From Octopus sinensis (Eukaryota): 64,000 nucleotides of DNA. Made by a program: the position numbers and the translations under genes. A model generated the notes under the pieces. It worked only from the letters and a program-made list of their open reading frames with translations. It was not told where the DNA came from and did no database searches. Location: positions 18,786,001 to 18,850,000 of the forward strand of contig NC_043021.1 in the NCBI RefSeq assembly GCF_006345805.1. The letters run 5' to 3'. The first letter of the stretch is position 1; every line of letters starts with the position of its first letter. This document shows, in pieces, positions 12,035-24,517 of this stretch.

Positions 12035-12600
12035 CCAAAACTCAAAATCAAAATCAAATTTCGATGACTGGCATCCATGCTAGTGGGGTGCAAAGAGCAC
12101 CATACAAGTGTGATCATTGACAGAGTGGCTAACTGGCTTCCGTGCCAGTGGCACTTAAAAGGCACCATTTAAGCGTGATCGTAACCAGTGTCGCCTTACT
12201 GGGACTTGAGCCCCATGCTAGTAGGGCATTAAGAGCACCATCCGAGCATGATTGTTGCCAGAGCAGCCATCTGGCCTTCATGCCGGTAGCATGTAAAAGA
12301 CACCATTCAAGCGTAATCGTTACCAGCATTGCCTATTGGCACCTGTGCCGGTGGCATGTGTAAAAGATTTGAGCGAGGTCATTGCCAGTACCGCCTGACT
12401 GGCCCCGTGCCAGTGGCATGTAAAAAGCACCCACTATGCTCTTGGAGTGGTTGGTGTTAGGAAGGGCATCCAGCTGTAGAAACTCTGCCAGATCAAGATT
12501 GAAGCCTGGTGCAGCCATCTGGTTTGCCAACCCTCAGTCATTCGTCCAAACCCATGCAAGCATGGAAAGTGGACGTTAAATGATGATGATGATGATGATG
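12035..12600 (+). mobile_element. RTE 3'-UTR-derived element (family D) with (ATG)n tail
   Basis: Shares internal repeats and the GGAAGGGCATCCAGCTGTAGAAACTCTGCC...(GAT)n terminus with the RTE LINE at 45136-47420. Confidence 0.85.
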
Positions 12601-12831
12601 CCATCTAAAGGAAAATTTTTCAGGTGCCCTTAAAATACTATTACAGATTTCTCGTTTACTATTATATTGCGTGGACCCCCAAAAACCTCATATGGACCCT
12701 AGTTGAGGACCACTACTCTACATTTCTCCTGGTGCTAGCCAATGACTGGCATTCCCTCAAAGGGATGAGAGAGAGAGAGAGACAATCTCTCTTGTGTTGG
12801 TGCCACAAAATAGGTCCAGTACATCCAGTAA

Positions 12832-13164
12832 AGGCGTATGGTTCAGTGGGTAGAGCGTCGAGCTTACGATCGTGAAGTTGTGAGCTTGAATCCTGGACTG
12901 GGCTGCATGTTGTGTTCTTGAGCAAGACACTTTATTTCACGTTGCTCCAGTTCACTCAGCTGTAGAAATGGGTTGTGGCGTCACAGGTGCCAAGCTGTAT
13001 CGACCCTTGCCTTTCCCTTGGATAACACTGGTGGTGTGGAAAGGGGAGATCGGTAAGCATGGGCGACTGCTAGTCTTCCATAAACAACTTTGCCCGGATT
13101 TGTGCCTGGGAGGGTAACTTTCTAGGTGCAATCCCATGGTCAGTGTCGTGACCGAAGGGGGTCT
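12832..13164 (+). mobile_element. SINE-B, full length (tRNA head)
   Basis: Box A/B-like head GG(C/T)TCAGTGG...GAATCC, body GTTCTTGAGCAAGACACTTTATTTC; homologues at 21873-22208 and 56703-57036. Confidence 0.88.
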
Positions 13165-13414
13165 CAGACTCAGACATCCTGTAAAGGGATTGGTAAACCG
13201 AGCAGAGAATTATAGGGTTTTGGTGCCCTGAAAAATGCACCAAGTATGCTCTGTAAAGTGAAGTGGACGGTGACAGGAAGTGTATCAAGCCATAGTGACC
13301 AAGCCAAGTGACATATGTGAGCATCAGTCTATGGAAGCAATGGCTCCCAACAGATGACTCGGACGGTTGTGGCATCACATCAAACCTATGCTAGCTTGAA
13401 GAGGAGACAGGAAA

Positions 13415-13448
<34 letters not shown>

Positions 13449-14220
13449 CGACTGCACATACACATGTGTATACGCATGCACACACACACACACAGACATG
13501 CGCGCATGCATTTATACATTAATATAATGTAAACAAAATGGTGTGAGTAAACAAAAATGAATGGATTAGTTTAAAATAACACCACACCCATTTCAATAGT
13601 GTGCTTTGTTTCAAATACAAATCCATTATGTTATTTATTAGGTAACAATACATGAATTCTTATTGTTCAGTAGTCACCAGCTCATCTCACTGGGTGATAT
13701 TCCAGTGAATATGTAGGCTATCATAATCATCATCTTCATCGTCATCATGATTTAGCCTCCGTCTTCCATGCTGGAATAGATTGGAAGGTTTGGAAGGAAC
13801 TGGAGCAACGTGAAATAAAGTGTCTTGCTCAAGAACACAACACACAACAACCATGTGTGTGTGTGTGTGTGTGTGTGCGCAATGAGCTTGTTTCAGCTTC
13901 TCACTATCAAAGTCATTCACTAGGCTTTGCTTGGCCCAGAGCTTAAGTAGAAGACACTTTCCCAAGGTTCCACACAATAGGACTGAACCTAGAACCATAT
14001 TATTTGAAATAAACTTCCTACCACATGCTGGGGGCATGTGTAAAAGGATTCGAGCGAGGTCGTTGCAACAGCTGGAGGATAATAAGCTGGAGGATAATAA
14101 GCTGGAGGTAATATTTGTCTGTTTTGCCATGGTCTCTGTTGTTGGATGCCCTTGCTAATGCTGACTATTTTACGGTGTACTGGGTACTTTTTTATGGGAC
14201 ACCAGCGGGTCCCGTAAACA

Positions 14221-16144
14221 TACAAAGGTTTGTTGAAAAGTTCCTGGCTTTAAGGATATTTTTTTTTACAGGGTTTAGAAAAACTGGAGGATTGCTGCAT
14301 AAGTGATGCCAGCATGGGTGCTTTTTTACGAGGTGCTGACAAAAATTCCTGGCTTTAAGGGTATTGCAAAAGGCCTGGTTGGAAGCTCAACCTTCCAAGT
14401 TTTTTTTACAGGGCTTAGAAAAACTGGAGGATTGCAGCATAAGTGATGCTGCATGGGTGCTTTTTTACGAGGTACTGACAAAAATTCCTGGCTTTAAGGG
14501 TATTGCAAAAGGCCTGGTTGGAAGCTCAACCATCCAAGTTTTTTTTACAGGGCTTAGAAAAACTGAAGGATTGCAGCATAAGTGATGCCAGCATGGGTGC
14601 TTTTTTACGAGGTACTGACAAAAATTCCTGGCTTTAAGGGTATTGCAAAAGGCCTGGTTGGAAGCTCAATCTTCCAAGTTTTTTTTACAGGGCTTAGAAA
14701 AACTGAAGGATTGCAGCATAAGTGATCCCAGCATAGGTGCTTTTTTACGAGGTGCTGACAAAAATTCCTGGCTTTAAGGGTATTGCAAAAGGCCTGGTTG
14801 GAAGCTCAGCCTTCCAAGTTTTTTTTACAGGGCTTAGAAAAACTGAAGGATTGCAGCATAAGTGATGCCAGCATGGGTGCTTTTTTACGAGGTGCTGACA
14901 AAAATTCCTGGCTTCAAGGGTATTGCAAAAGGCCTGGTTGGAAGCTCAGCCTTCCAAGTTTTTTTTACAGGGCTTAGAAAAACTGAAGGATTGCAGCATA
15001 AGTGATGCCAGCATGGGTGCTTTTTTACGAGGTGCTGACAAAAATTCCTGGCTTCAAGGGTATTGCAAAAGGCCTGGTTGGAAGCTCAACCTTCCAAGTT
15101 TTTTTTACAGGGCTTAGAAAAACTGAAGGATTGCAGCATAAGTGATCCCAGCATAGGTGCTTTTTTACGAGGTGCTGACAAAAATTCCTGGCTTTAAGGG
15201 TATTGCAAAAGGCCTGGTTGGAAGCTCAACCTTCCAAGTTTTTTTTACAGGGCTTAGAAAAACTGAAGGATTGCAGCATAAGTGATCCCAGCATAGGTGC
15301 TTTTTTACGAGGTGCTGACAAAAATTCCTGGCTTTAAGGGTATTGCAAAAGCCTGGTTGGAAGCTCAACCTTCCAAGTTTTTTTTACAGGGCTTAGAAAA
15401 ACTGAAGGATTGCAGCATAAGTGATCCCAGCATAGGTGCTTTTTTACGAGGTGCTGACAAAAATTCCTGGCTTTAAGGGTATTGCAAAAGGCCTGGTTGG
15501 AAGCTCAACCTTCCAAGTTTTTTTTACAGGGCTTAGAAAAACTGAAGGATTGCAGCATAAGTGAACCAGCATAGGTGCTTTTTTACGAGGTGCTGACAAA
15601 AATTCCTGGCTTTAAGGGTATTGCAAAAGGCCTGGTTGGAAGCTCAACTTCCAAGTTTTTTTACAGGGCTTAGAAAAACTGAAGGATTGCAGCATAAGTG
15701 ATCCCAGCATAGGTGCTTTTTTACGAGGTGCTGACAAAAATTCCTGGCTTTAAGGGTATTGCAAAAGGCCTGGTTGGAAGCTCAACCTTCCAAGTTTTTT
15801 TTACAGGGCTTAGAAAAACTGAAGGATTGCAGCATAAGTGATCCCAGCATAGGTGCTTTTTTACGAGGTGCTGACAAAAATTCCTGGCTTTAAGGGTATT
15901 GCAAAAGGCCTGGTTGGAAGCTCAACCTTCCAAGTTTTTTTTTACAGGGCTTAGAAAAACTGGAGGATTGCAGCATAAGTGATGCCAGCATGGGTGCTTT
16001 TTTACGAGGTGCTGACAAAAATTCCTGGATTTAAGGGTATTGCAAAAGGCCTGGTTGGAAGCTCAACCTTCCAAGTTTTTTTTTACAGGGCTTAGAAAAA
16101 CTGATGGATTGCAGCATAAGTGATGTTGCATGGGTGCTTTTTTA
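14221..16144. repeat. 140-bp satellite-like tandem array (13 full units plus a shorter first unit) derived from a mariner MITE
   Basis: Units start at 14327, 14466, 14606 ... 16003 (138-141 bp). Unit homologous to the MITE at 18268-18491. Confidence 0.97.
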
Positions 16145-16371
16145 TGTGGTGCTGATATGGGTGTTTTTACACAGGTGCTTTTTATGTGGTGGTCACACAG
16201 GTAAGATAATCCAGGTATGGAAGCAAAACCTGGAACCAAAGAACCTCATATTTAATTTAGCAAAGAGTAAAATTTTAGTAAGTAAGGAAACAGATATGAT
16301 CCTGCCACCTACAGAGAAATGACCCCAAGCAATTTGCAGAGAAGGAGTTGGTGGAAATTCCATTAGTGGAG

Positions 16372-16524
16372 CCAGAAGTAGCTTGCTTACCAACCACATG
16401 GTTCCGGGTTCAGTCCCACTGCGTGGCATCTTGGGCAAGTGTCTTCTACTATAGCCTCGGGCCGACTAAAGCCTTGTGAGTGGATTTGGTAGATGGAAAC
16501 TGAAAGAAGCCTGTCGTATATATG

Positions 16525-16557
<33 letters not shown>

Positions 16558-16778
16558 TTGTGTGTCTGTGTTTGTCCCCCTAGCATTGCTTGACAACCGA
16601 TGCTGGTGTGTTTATGTCCCCGTCACTTAGCGGTTCGGCAAACGAGACCGATAGAATAAGTACTGGGCTTACAAAGAATAAGTCCCGGGGTCGAGTTGCT
16701 CGACTAAAGGCGGTGCTCCAGCATGGCCACAGTCAACTGACTGAAACAGGTAAAATAGTAAAAATAGTAGTAAAATAA
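16372..16778 (+). mobile_element. SINE-A, near full length
   Basis: Homology to the other copies. Confidence 0.9.
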
Positions 16779-17052
16779 TAGTGTACCCAGGGCAAAGTAT
16801 GGACACACGAGATATGAATTGGAATCGCAGGATGCTTAACAGAAAGCAGACCGTGTATGTGGCAGATGTGCAGGGGTAGTAAAAAGTGGGTACAGGGAAT
16901 GAATGTTTTGAAGTGCCCAGGAGAATCCCTAAAGGTAGTAGATAGCTTCTGTTACCTAGGTGACCATTTTAACAATGGTGGAAACTGTTCAGAAAGTATT
17001 ATTGAGGGGATTGGAGAAAGTTTATAGATCTCTTGCTTCTGTAGGTGACAAA

Positions 17053-17210
17053 AGCTCTCTCTCTCTCTCTGTGTCTTTCTCTGTTTGTGTGTCTGTCTGT
17101 CAGTCTCTATCTCTCTGTCTCTCTCACTGTCTTCTCTCTGTCTCTCTCTGTCTGTCTGTCTGTCTCTCTCTCACTCCGTCTGTCTGACTGTCTACCTTTC
17201 TCTCTCTCAC

Positions 17211-17245
<35 letters not shown>

Positions 17246-17365
17246 GCCTCTCTCTCTCTCTCACTCTTCTGTCTCTCTGTCCCTCTCTGTCTGTCTCTCA
17301 CTCACTCTGTCTGACTCTTTCTCTCTCTCTCACTCTGTCTGTCTGACTCTTTCTCTCTCTCTCAC

Positions 17366-17397
<32 letters not shown>

Positions 17398-17399
17398 AC

Positions 17400-17433
<34 letters not shown>

Positions 17434-17760
17434 ACTCTGTCTGTCTGTCTGTCTGTCTGTCTGCTTCTCTGTCTGTCTGTCTGTCTGCTTCTCTCACTCT
17501 GTCTGTCTGTCTGTCTGTCTGCTTCTCTCTCTCTCTCACTCTTCTATCTCTCTGTCCCTCCCTGTCTTTCTCTGTCTGTCTAACTCTCTGTCTCTCTCTC
17601 ACTCACTCACTCTGTCTGTCTGTCTCTTTTTCTCTCTCACTCTGTCTCTCTCTCTCTCTCTGTCTCTCACTCTGCCTGTCTGTCTCTCTCTCACTTACTC
17701 TGTCTGACTCTTTCTCTCTCTCTCACTCTGTCTGTCTGACTCTTTCTCTCTTTCTCTCAC

Positions 17761-17794
<34 letters not shown>

Positions 17795-17935
17795 ACTCTC
17801 TCTGTCTGTCTGTCTGCTTCTATCTCTCTGTCCCTCCCTGTCTTTCTCTGTCTGTCTAACTCTCTGTCTCTCTCTCACTCACTCACTCTGTCTGTCTGAC
17901 TCTTTCTCTGACTGTCTCTCTCTCCGCTCTCTCTC
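17053..17935. repeat. About 880-bp pyrimidine-rich TC/TCTG/TCAC microsatellite
   Basis: Direct reading. Confidence 0.95.
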
Positions 17936-18267
17936 AGAGTGACAAATAGACTATGATGCTTGCATAGAAACAATAATGCTACATGTTAGTGAGATATGGG
18001 TCCTGAATCCAGAAAACCTGCAGTAAAATGAAGCAAACATGTTGCATTTAGATATGCAATATCAGTGTGCAAGAATGATGGAGTGCAAATGTGTTAGGAA
18101 CATAAATTGTGACTAAGGTTTGGTGGAAGATTTTAATTGAAAACTTATGAAAACAAGGCATTTGTACTTAGAGCCAGAGCCGGTTTCAGCCGGGTTGGTA
18201 ACGAAAGGGTTAAGGTTCTGAAAGCATAATGTGTATACAACAGGACCGGGGTTCTGAAAGTATAATG

Positions 18268-18491
18268 TACAAGGTGGGTACTGAAAGGGTCATGGCTTTC
18301 TGTAAAAGAAAATACAGGAGGATCATCAGTTAATTATGATTTAATTCAACATATTCCCCTCTTAGATTCGTACACTTATTGCAGCAGTCCTTCAGTTTTT
18401 CTAAGCCCCGTAAAAGAACTCAGAAGGTTGGGCCTCTAGCCAGGCCTTTCATGATCCCTTAAAGCCAGGAATTTTTCAACACACCTTTGTA
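18268..18491 (-). mobile_element. Mariner-derived MITE (TIRs plus transposase C-terminal codons)
   Basis: Degenerate TA-CAAGGTG..GAAAA TIRs; encodes ..GLEKLKDCCNKCTNLRGEYVE; second copy at 59138-59318. Confidence 0.75.
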
Positions 18492-18560
18492 TGTTTACAC
18501 TGTATATGCTCAACTAGGTCCAAATATTCAACCTGTTTTATATTCAAGCCAACTGGATTC

Positions 18561-19171
18561 AACCTTTCATATCTCATTTATAGAATGTCATTCAAAAACT
18601 AAACAATTACATTATTAAAATTCCAAAGCAATAAGACAATGCATGATTAATTTAAAACAATATAGGCGCAGGCATGGCTGTGTGGTAAGTAGCTTGCTTA
18701 CCAACTACATGCTTTCGGGTTCAGTCCCACTATGTGGCACCTTGGGCAAATGTCTTCTATTATAGCCTCAGGCCGACCAAAACCTTATGAGTGGATTTTG
18801 TAGATGGAAACTGAAAGAAGCCTGTCATCATCATCGTTTAATGTCCGCTTTCCATGCTAGCATAGATTGGACGATTTTGACTGAGGGCTGGTGAACTGGA
18901 TGGTTGCACCTGTCTCCAATTTTGATTTGGCTGAGTTTCTACAGCTGGATGCCCTTCCTAACGCCAACCACTCCAAGAGTGTAGTGGGTGCTTTTTACGT
19001 GCCACCGGCATGGGGCCAGTCAGGCGGTACTGGCAACGACCTCGCTCGAATCCTTTTACTCATGCCACCAGCATAGGTGCCAGTAAGGCGACTTTGGTAA
19101 CGATCACACTCGAATGATATCCTTTTACGTGCCACTGGCACGGAAGCCAGTTGGATGCTCTGGCAATGATG

Positions 19172-19226
<55 letters not shown>

Positions 19227-20049
19227 GTATATATTTGTGTGTCTGTGTTTGTCCCCCCACCATCGCTTGACAACCGATGTTGGTGTGTTTGTGTCCCCAT
19301 GGCTTGGCAGTTTGGCAAAAGAGACTGATAGAATAAGTACTAGGCTTACTAAGAATAAGTCCTGCGGTCGATTCATTCGACTAAAGGTGTTGCTCCAGCA
19401 TGGCTGCAGTCAAATGACTGAACCCCCCCCCCAAAATAAACCTTTCATATCTCATTTATAGAATGTCATTCAAAAACTAAACAATTACATTATTAAAATT
19501 CCAAAGCAATAAGACAATGCATGATTAATTTAAAACAATATAGGCGCAGGCATGGCTGTGTGGTAAGTAGCTTGCTTACCAACTACATGCTTTCGGGTTC
19601 AGTCCCACTATGTGGCACCTTGGGCAAATGTCTTCTATTATAGCCTCAGGCCGACCAAAACCTTATGAGTGGATTTTGTAGATGGAAACTGAAAGAAGCC
19701 TGTCATCATCATCGTTTAATGTCCGCTTTCCATGCTAGCATAGATTGGACGATTTTGACTGAGGGCTGGTGAACTGGATGGTTGCACCTGTCTCCAATTT
19801 TGATTTGGCTGAGTTTCTACAGCTGGATGCCCTTCCTAACGCCAACCACTCCAAGAGTGTAGTGGGTGCTTTTTACGTGCCACCGGCATGGGGCCAGTCA
19901 GGCGGTACTGGCAACGACCTCGCTCGAATCCTTTTACTCATGCCACCAGCATAGGTGCCAGTAAGGCGACTTTGGTAACGATCACACTCGAATGATATCC
20001 TTTTACGTGCCACTGGCACGGAAGCCAGTTGGATGCTCTGGCAATGATG

Positions 20050-20130
<81 letters not shown>

Positions 20131-20344
20131 GTATATATTTGTGTGTCTGTGTTTGTCCCCCCACCATCGCTTGACAACCGATGTTGGTGTGTTTGTGTCC
20201 CCATGGCTTGGCAGTTTGGCAAAAGAGACTGATAGAATAAGTACTAGGCTTACTAAGAATAAGTCCTGCGGTCGATTCATTCGACTAAAGGTGTTGCTCC
20301 AGCATGGCTGCAGTCAAATGACTGAACCCCCCCCCCAAAATAAA
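18561..20344. repeat. Direct tandem duplication of about 880 bp (MITE fragment plus SINE-A carrying a nested inverted family-D element)
   Basis: Copies start at 18561 and 19439; apparently identical except for (TA)n length. Confidence 0.95.
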
Positions 20345-20468
20345 ATGACCGTTATATTCGACCGAGTAATCTGAACACCAAAGGGCCAGAGTGACCACTA
20401 GATATCCTGTTCCGTTTCTGAGTTGAAATGGAATTCTTGAAATGGAATGTGAGTCAGGGTTAGGGTTA

Positions 20469-21604
20469 TAATAATAATAATAATAATAATAATAATTGTG
20501 TACAGTGCTCAGGTGCACTACAACTCATCTAAAGTGTATATATAATCAGGTGAAGTTTCGGCGGATTTCGGAAAGCATGAGGGCCTTAAAAGATGCAGTG
20601 TCATGGCAGTCAACAACTGACGCAGGCAGTTTATTCCATGCTTCAGCAACTCTGAGCGTGAAAAAATGTTTCCGAAAGTCATGGGAGCTGTATTGTTTTC
20701 TGACTTTGTAGGCATGTCCACGTGTGTTAGACACATGGAGATCAAAAAGGTGTTCAGTGTTGTTGTTGGTGAGGTGGTTGATAACTTTGTGGGTGTTTAC
20801 CAAGTCCGTCGCCAAACGCCGGAGCTTCAGTGAATCCATGCCCAGGGAAACAAGGCGCTCAGAATATGGTAGGTGTCTGATGGAGGGTATGCGTTTGGTT
20901 GCACGTCTCTGGACAGATTCCAGGAGGTCAATGTTCTGTGCAAGATAGGGGTTCCAAACTGATGATGCGAATTCCAAGTGTGGTCGTACCATAGCTGTAT
21001 ACAGTTTTAAATAGATGGCTGGAGAGCGGCTAACAAAAGACCTGCTGAGTGATGCCAAGACACCCTCGGCCTTCCTGACAATCTTAGAGATATGCTTTGA
21101 CCAACGCAGATCACTGCTGACAGTGATGCCTAGGTCACGCTCGCAAGAGGATTTCTTGATATCAGTGTTGTGGAGGGAGTATGTGAACGCAGGGATTTTT
21201 CTCCCAAAATGCATGGTGGTACACTTGTCCACAGCCAGTTTCAGTTGCCAGTCTGTGATCCATTGCTGCATTGTGTCTAGGTCTGATTGCAGGAAAAAGT
21301 TGTAGACATCAGGATCTGTCCTCTTGATTTCAAGGTACAGCTTGATGTCGTCTGCATATTTCAATACTGTGGCATTCTTTAAATTGGCATCTATGTCGTT
21401 AATGTATGCCACAAACAAGAGGGGGCCAAGGACAGATCCCTGTGGTACACCCGATGACATCTCATATGGTGTAGAGTGCTGTCCTAGAACTGTGACTACC
21501 TCCTTTCGGCTGAGGATGAAGGATTTCAACCAGTTAAAAAGGTCATCCCCCACACCCATTGCAGAGAGTTTCACCATAAGCCTTTTGTGTGGCATAAGCC
21601 TTTT
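20469..21604 (-). mobile_element. 5'-truncated CR1-clade LINE: open RT C-terminal half (ORF 21595-20546, 349 aa), short 3' UTR, (ATT)n tail
   Basis: SGVPQGSVLGPLLF, YADD, RDLG, LYxAMVRPHLE, ESVQRRATK, TRGH motifs; 10-bp TSD GTTAGGGTTA at 20459-20468 and 21605-21614. Confidence 0.93.
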
Positions 21605-21872
21605 GTTAGGGTTACACCGTTAGTATTATTAGTAGTACTGGTGCCATGTCATGACAAAAGGGCCCAGTTCACTTTGTAAAGTTGTTGGCATTAGGAAGGG
21701 CATCCAGATGGAGAGACCACGCCATAAGAGACCGGAGTAAAATGAAATCTACTGATCCACTAAATCTAGTGAAAACATTCGGCCGAGCCCATGCCAACAT
21801 GGATAGTGGTTGTAAATACAGTAATGATGATGATGATGGGGATGATAATGATAATGATATATCATCACTCGG

Positions 21873-22208
21873 AGAGACCCCCTTCGGTCACGACACAGAC
21901 CATGGGATTGCACCTAGAAAGTTACCCTCCTAGACACAAGTCCGGGCGAGGTTGTTTATGGAAGACCAGCTGTCACTCATGCATACCAGCCTCCCCTCTC
22001 CACGCCACCAGTGTTATCGAAGAGAAAGACAAAGGTCGATACAGCTTGGCACCAGTGACGTCGCAACTCATTTCTACAGCTGAGTGAACTGGAGCAACGT
22101 GAAATAAAGTGCCTTGCTCAAGAACACAACACGCAGCCCGGTCTGGGATTCGAGCTCACAACCTCACGATCGTAAGCTTGACACTCTAACCACTGAGCCA
22201 TGCACCTT
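21873..22208 (-). mobile_element. SINE-B, full length
   Basis: Homology to the other copies. Confidence 0.9.
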
Positions 22209-22269
22209 CACATGCGTTAGTATCATCACTATGCGTTAGGGAAATCAGCTGTTATTAATTCAGTGTTGG

Positions 22270-22775
22270 TGTGACTGTGTGGTAGGAAGTTTATTTCAAA
22301 CCACATGGTTCTAGGTTCAGTCCTATCGTGTGGAACCTTGGGAAAGTGTCTTCTACTTAAGCTCTGGGCCAAGCAAATCCAAGTGAATGGATTTGATAGT
22401 GAGAAGCTGAAACAAGCTCATTGCACACACACACACACATGGTTGTTGTGTGTTGTGTTCTTGAGCAAGACACTTTATTTCATGTTGCTCCATTTCACTC
22501 AGCTGTAGAAATGAGTTTCCACATCACTGGTGCCAAGCTGAATCGGCCCCTTTGCCTTTCCCAACATCAGTGGCATGGAGAGGGGTGATGTCACTGGTGC
22601 CAAGCTGTATTGGCCTTTGCCTTTCCCTTGGATAACATCGGTGGCATGGAGAGGGAGGGGCTGGTATGCATGGGCGACTGCTGGTCTTCCATAAACAACC
22701 TTGCCTGGACTTGTTCTTTGGAGGGAAACTTTCTAGGTGCAATCCCATGGTCATTCATGACTGAAGGGGGCCTTT
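22270..22775 (+). mobile_element. Chimeric SINE-A head joined to SINE-B body, with internal ~70-bp duplication
   Basis: Direct comparison with the window's SINE-A and SINE-B copies. Confidence 0.75.
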
Positions 22776-22785
22776 ATCTTTTACT

Positions 22786-22816
<31 letters not shown>

Positions 22817-22927
22817 ATGAATTCTCTTGTATTGGGCACACAAAAACCGAAAAATTTTAGATTTTTTTTCCTTTTCTTTTCCTTTTCCAGGATGATTTTG
22901 ATAAAAAGTGGGGTATGCGCAAAATTA

Positions 22928-22977
<50 letters not shown>

Positions 22978-22979
<2 letters not shown>

Positions 22980-23790
22980 CCTTCTTGTGACACTTGTGAA
23001 GACCTGTTGAGGCAAGTGAAAATCAAATCAAAACAAATCAAAATAGATGAACATCAATGGAATTTGTATCTTTGTGGTACCAGTGCCGGTGGCACACAAG
23101 AAAACCATCCGAACATGGCCATAGTCAGTACCGCATCGACTGGCCTCCATGCTGTGGGCACGTAACAAACACCATCCGATCGTGGCCGTTCGCCAGCCTC
23201 ATCTGGCACCTGTGTTGGTGGCACATAAAAACACCATCCGAAGACCCGGCAAGACTAGTCAGGCCATAACCCGTGGCCCCTACCTGGGACGTAGTCAGTC
23301 CACCTGTGCATACCTTCCTTCTTGTGACATTTGTGAAGACCTGTTGAGGCAAGTGAAAATCAAAATCAAATCAAATCAAATCAAAATAGATGAACATCAA
23401 TGGAATTTGTATCTTTGTGGTACCAGTGCCGGTGGCATACAAGAAAACCATCCGAACGTGGCCATAGCCAGTGCTGCATTGACTGGCCTCCGTGCTGTGG
23501 GCACGTAACAAACACCATCCGATCGTGGCCGTTCGCCAGCCTTGTCTGGCACCTAAAAAAACACCATCCGAGCGTGGCCGTTCGCCAGCCTCGTCTGGCA
23601 CCTGTGTCGGTGGCACATAAAATCACCCACTACACTCTCGGAGTGGTTGGCGTTAGGAAGGGCATCCAGCTGTAGAACACTGCCAGATCTGACTGGCCTG
23701 GTACAGCCTTCGGGCTCCCCAGACCCCTGTTGAACCGTCCAACCCATGCTAGCATGGAAAGCGGACGTTAAATGATGATGATGATGATGA

Positions 23791-23793
<3 letters not shown>
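22978..23793 (+). mobile_element. Family-D (RTE 3' UTR) element with internal ~337-bp tandem duplication
   Basis: TTCCTTCTTGTGACA.TTGTGAAGACCTG starts at 22978 and 23315; ends in (GAT)n. Confidence 0.88.
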
Positions 23794-23825
<32 letters not shown>

Positions 23826-23983
23826 CAGGGTAAATAATTATTAATTTTAAAAAGCCAACAATTATTTCTGGGTAGATTTCGGTATGTAAATATAACCATT
23901 ATCGGTAGGAACTTTTAAAAAAAAGTTATATATATATATATATATATATAAATAAAAAGGGGCAGGCAATAGGCTAAGCAACC

Positions 23984-24015
<32 letters not shown>

Positions 24016-24517
24016 TACAACAGGCTTCTTTCAGTTTCCATCTACTAAATCCACTCACAAGGCTTTGGTTGGCCTGAGGCTATAGAGTAGAAGACACTTG
24101 CCCAAGCTGCCATGCAGAGGGACTGAATCTAGAACCACGTGGTTGGTAAGCATGTGGGACTTGCTTAATGAAGTTATGGCTGTTGTGGGACCGTTAACAC
24201 TTTTTGGTACTGCTGATAGCAACAGTTGGTGCCAAGAATGCCATGAGACTGATGAAGAGCTGATCTCAATTGGATGGTCATTCACTCTCATGAGATCCTT
24301 TGCCCTTTGACCTGATCCTGTTTTTCATCCTACAAGGTGTCTAGTAATCACCCTTCTCACCAAGCAAGCTTCGTGGAATTGCTGACAATCTGATCATACA
24401 ACAGGTGTTATGAGGTTACATGTTACCTATAGCAATCAAAAGCACCGTGTAATATAATATATATATATATATATACATATATGTATGTATGTATGCATAC
24501 ACACACATACACATATA

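Larger units (their letters stand above)
16200..18110 (+). mobile_element. Old RTE LINE fragment interrupted by a SINE-A (16372-16778) and a TC microsatellite expansion (17053-17935)
   Basis: IQVWKQNLEPKNLIFNLAKSKILVS...CREGVGGNSI, CTQGKVWTH, DSFCYLGD and later ETW-like segments are collinear with the RTE at 45.8-46.8 kb. Confidence 0.75.

Noticed and set aside
14221-16144. 140-bp array as CRISPR or as repeat-protein coding (60-70 aa ORFs)
   Set aside because: No spacers; every frame has a stop or shift per unit; the unit derives from a MITE.
17085-17942. 285-aa Ser/Leu/Cys ORF
   Set aside because: TC microsatellite.
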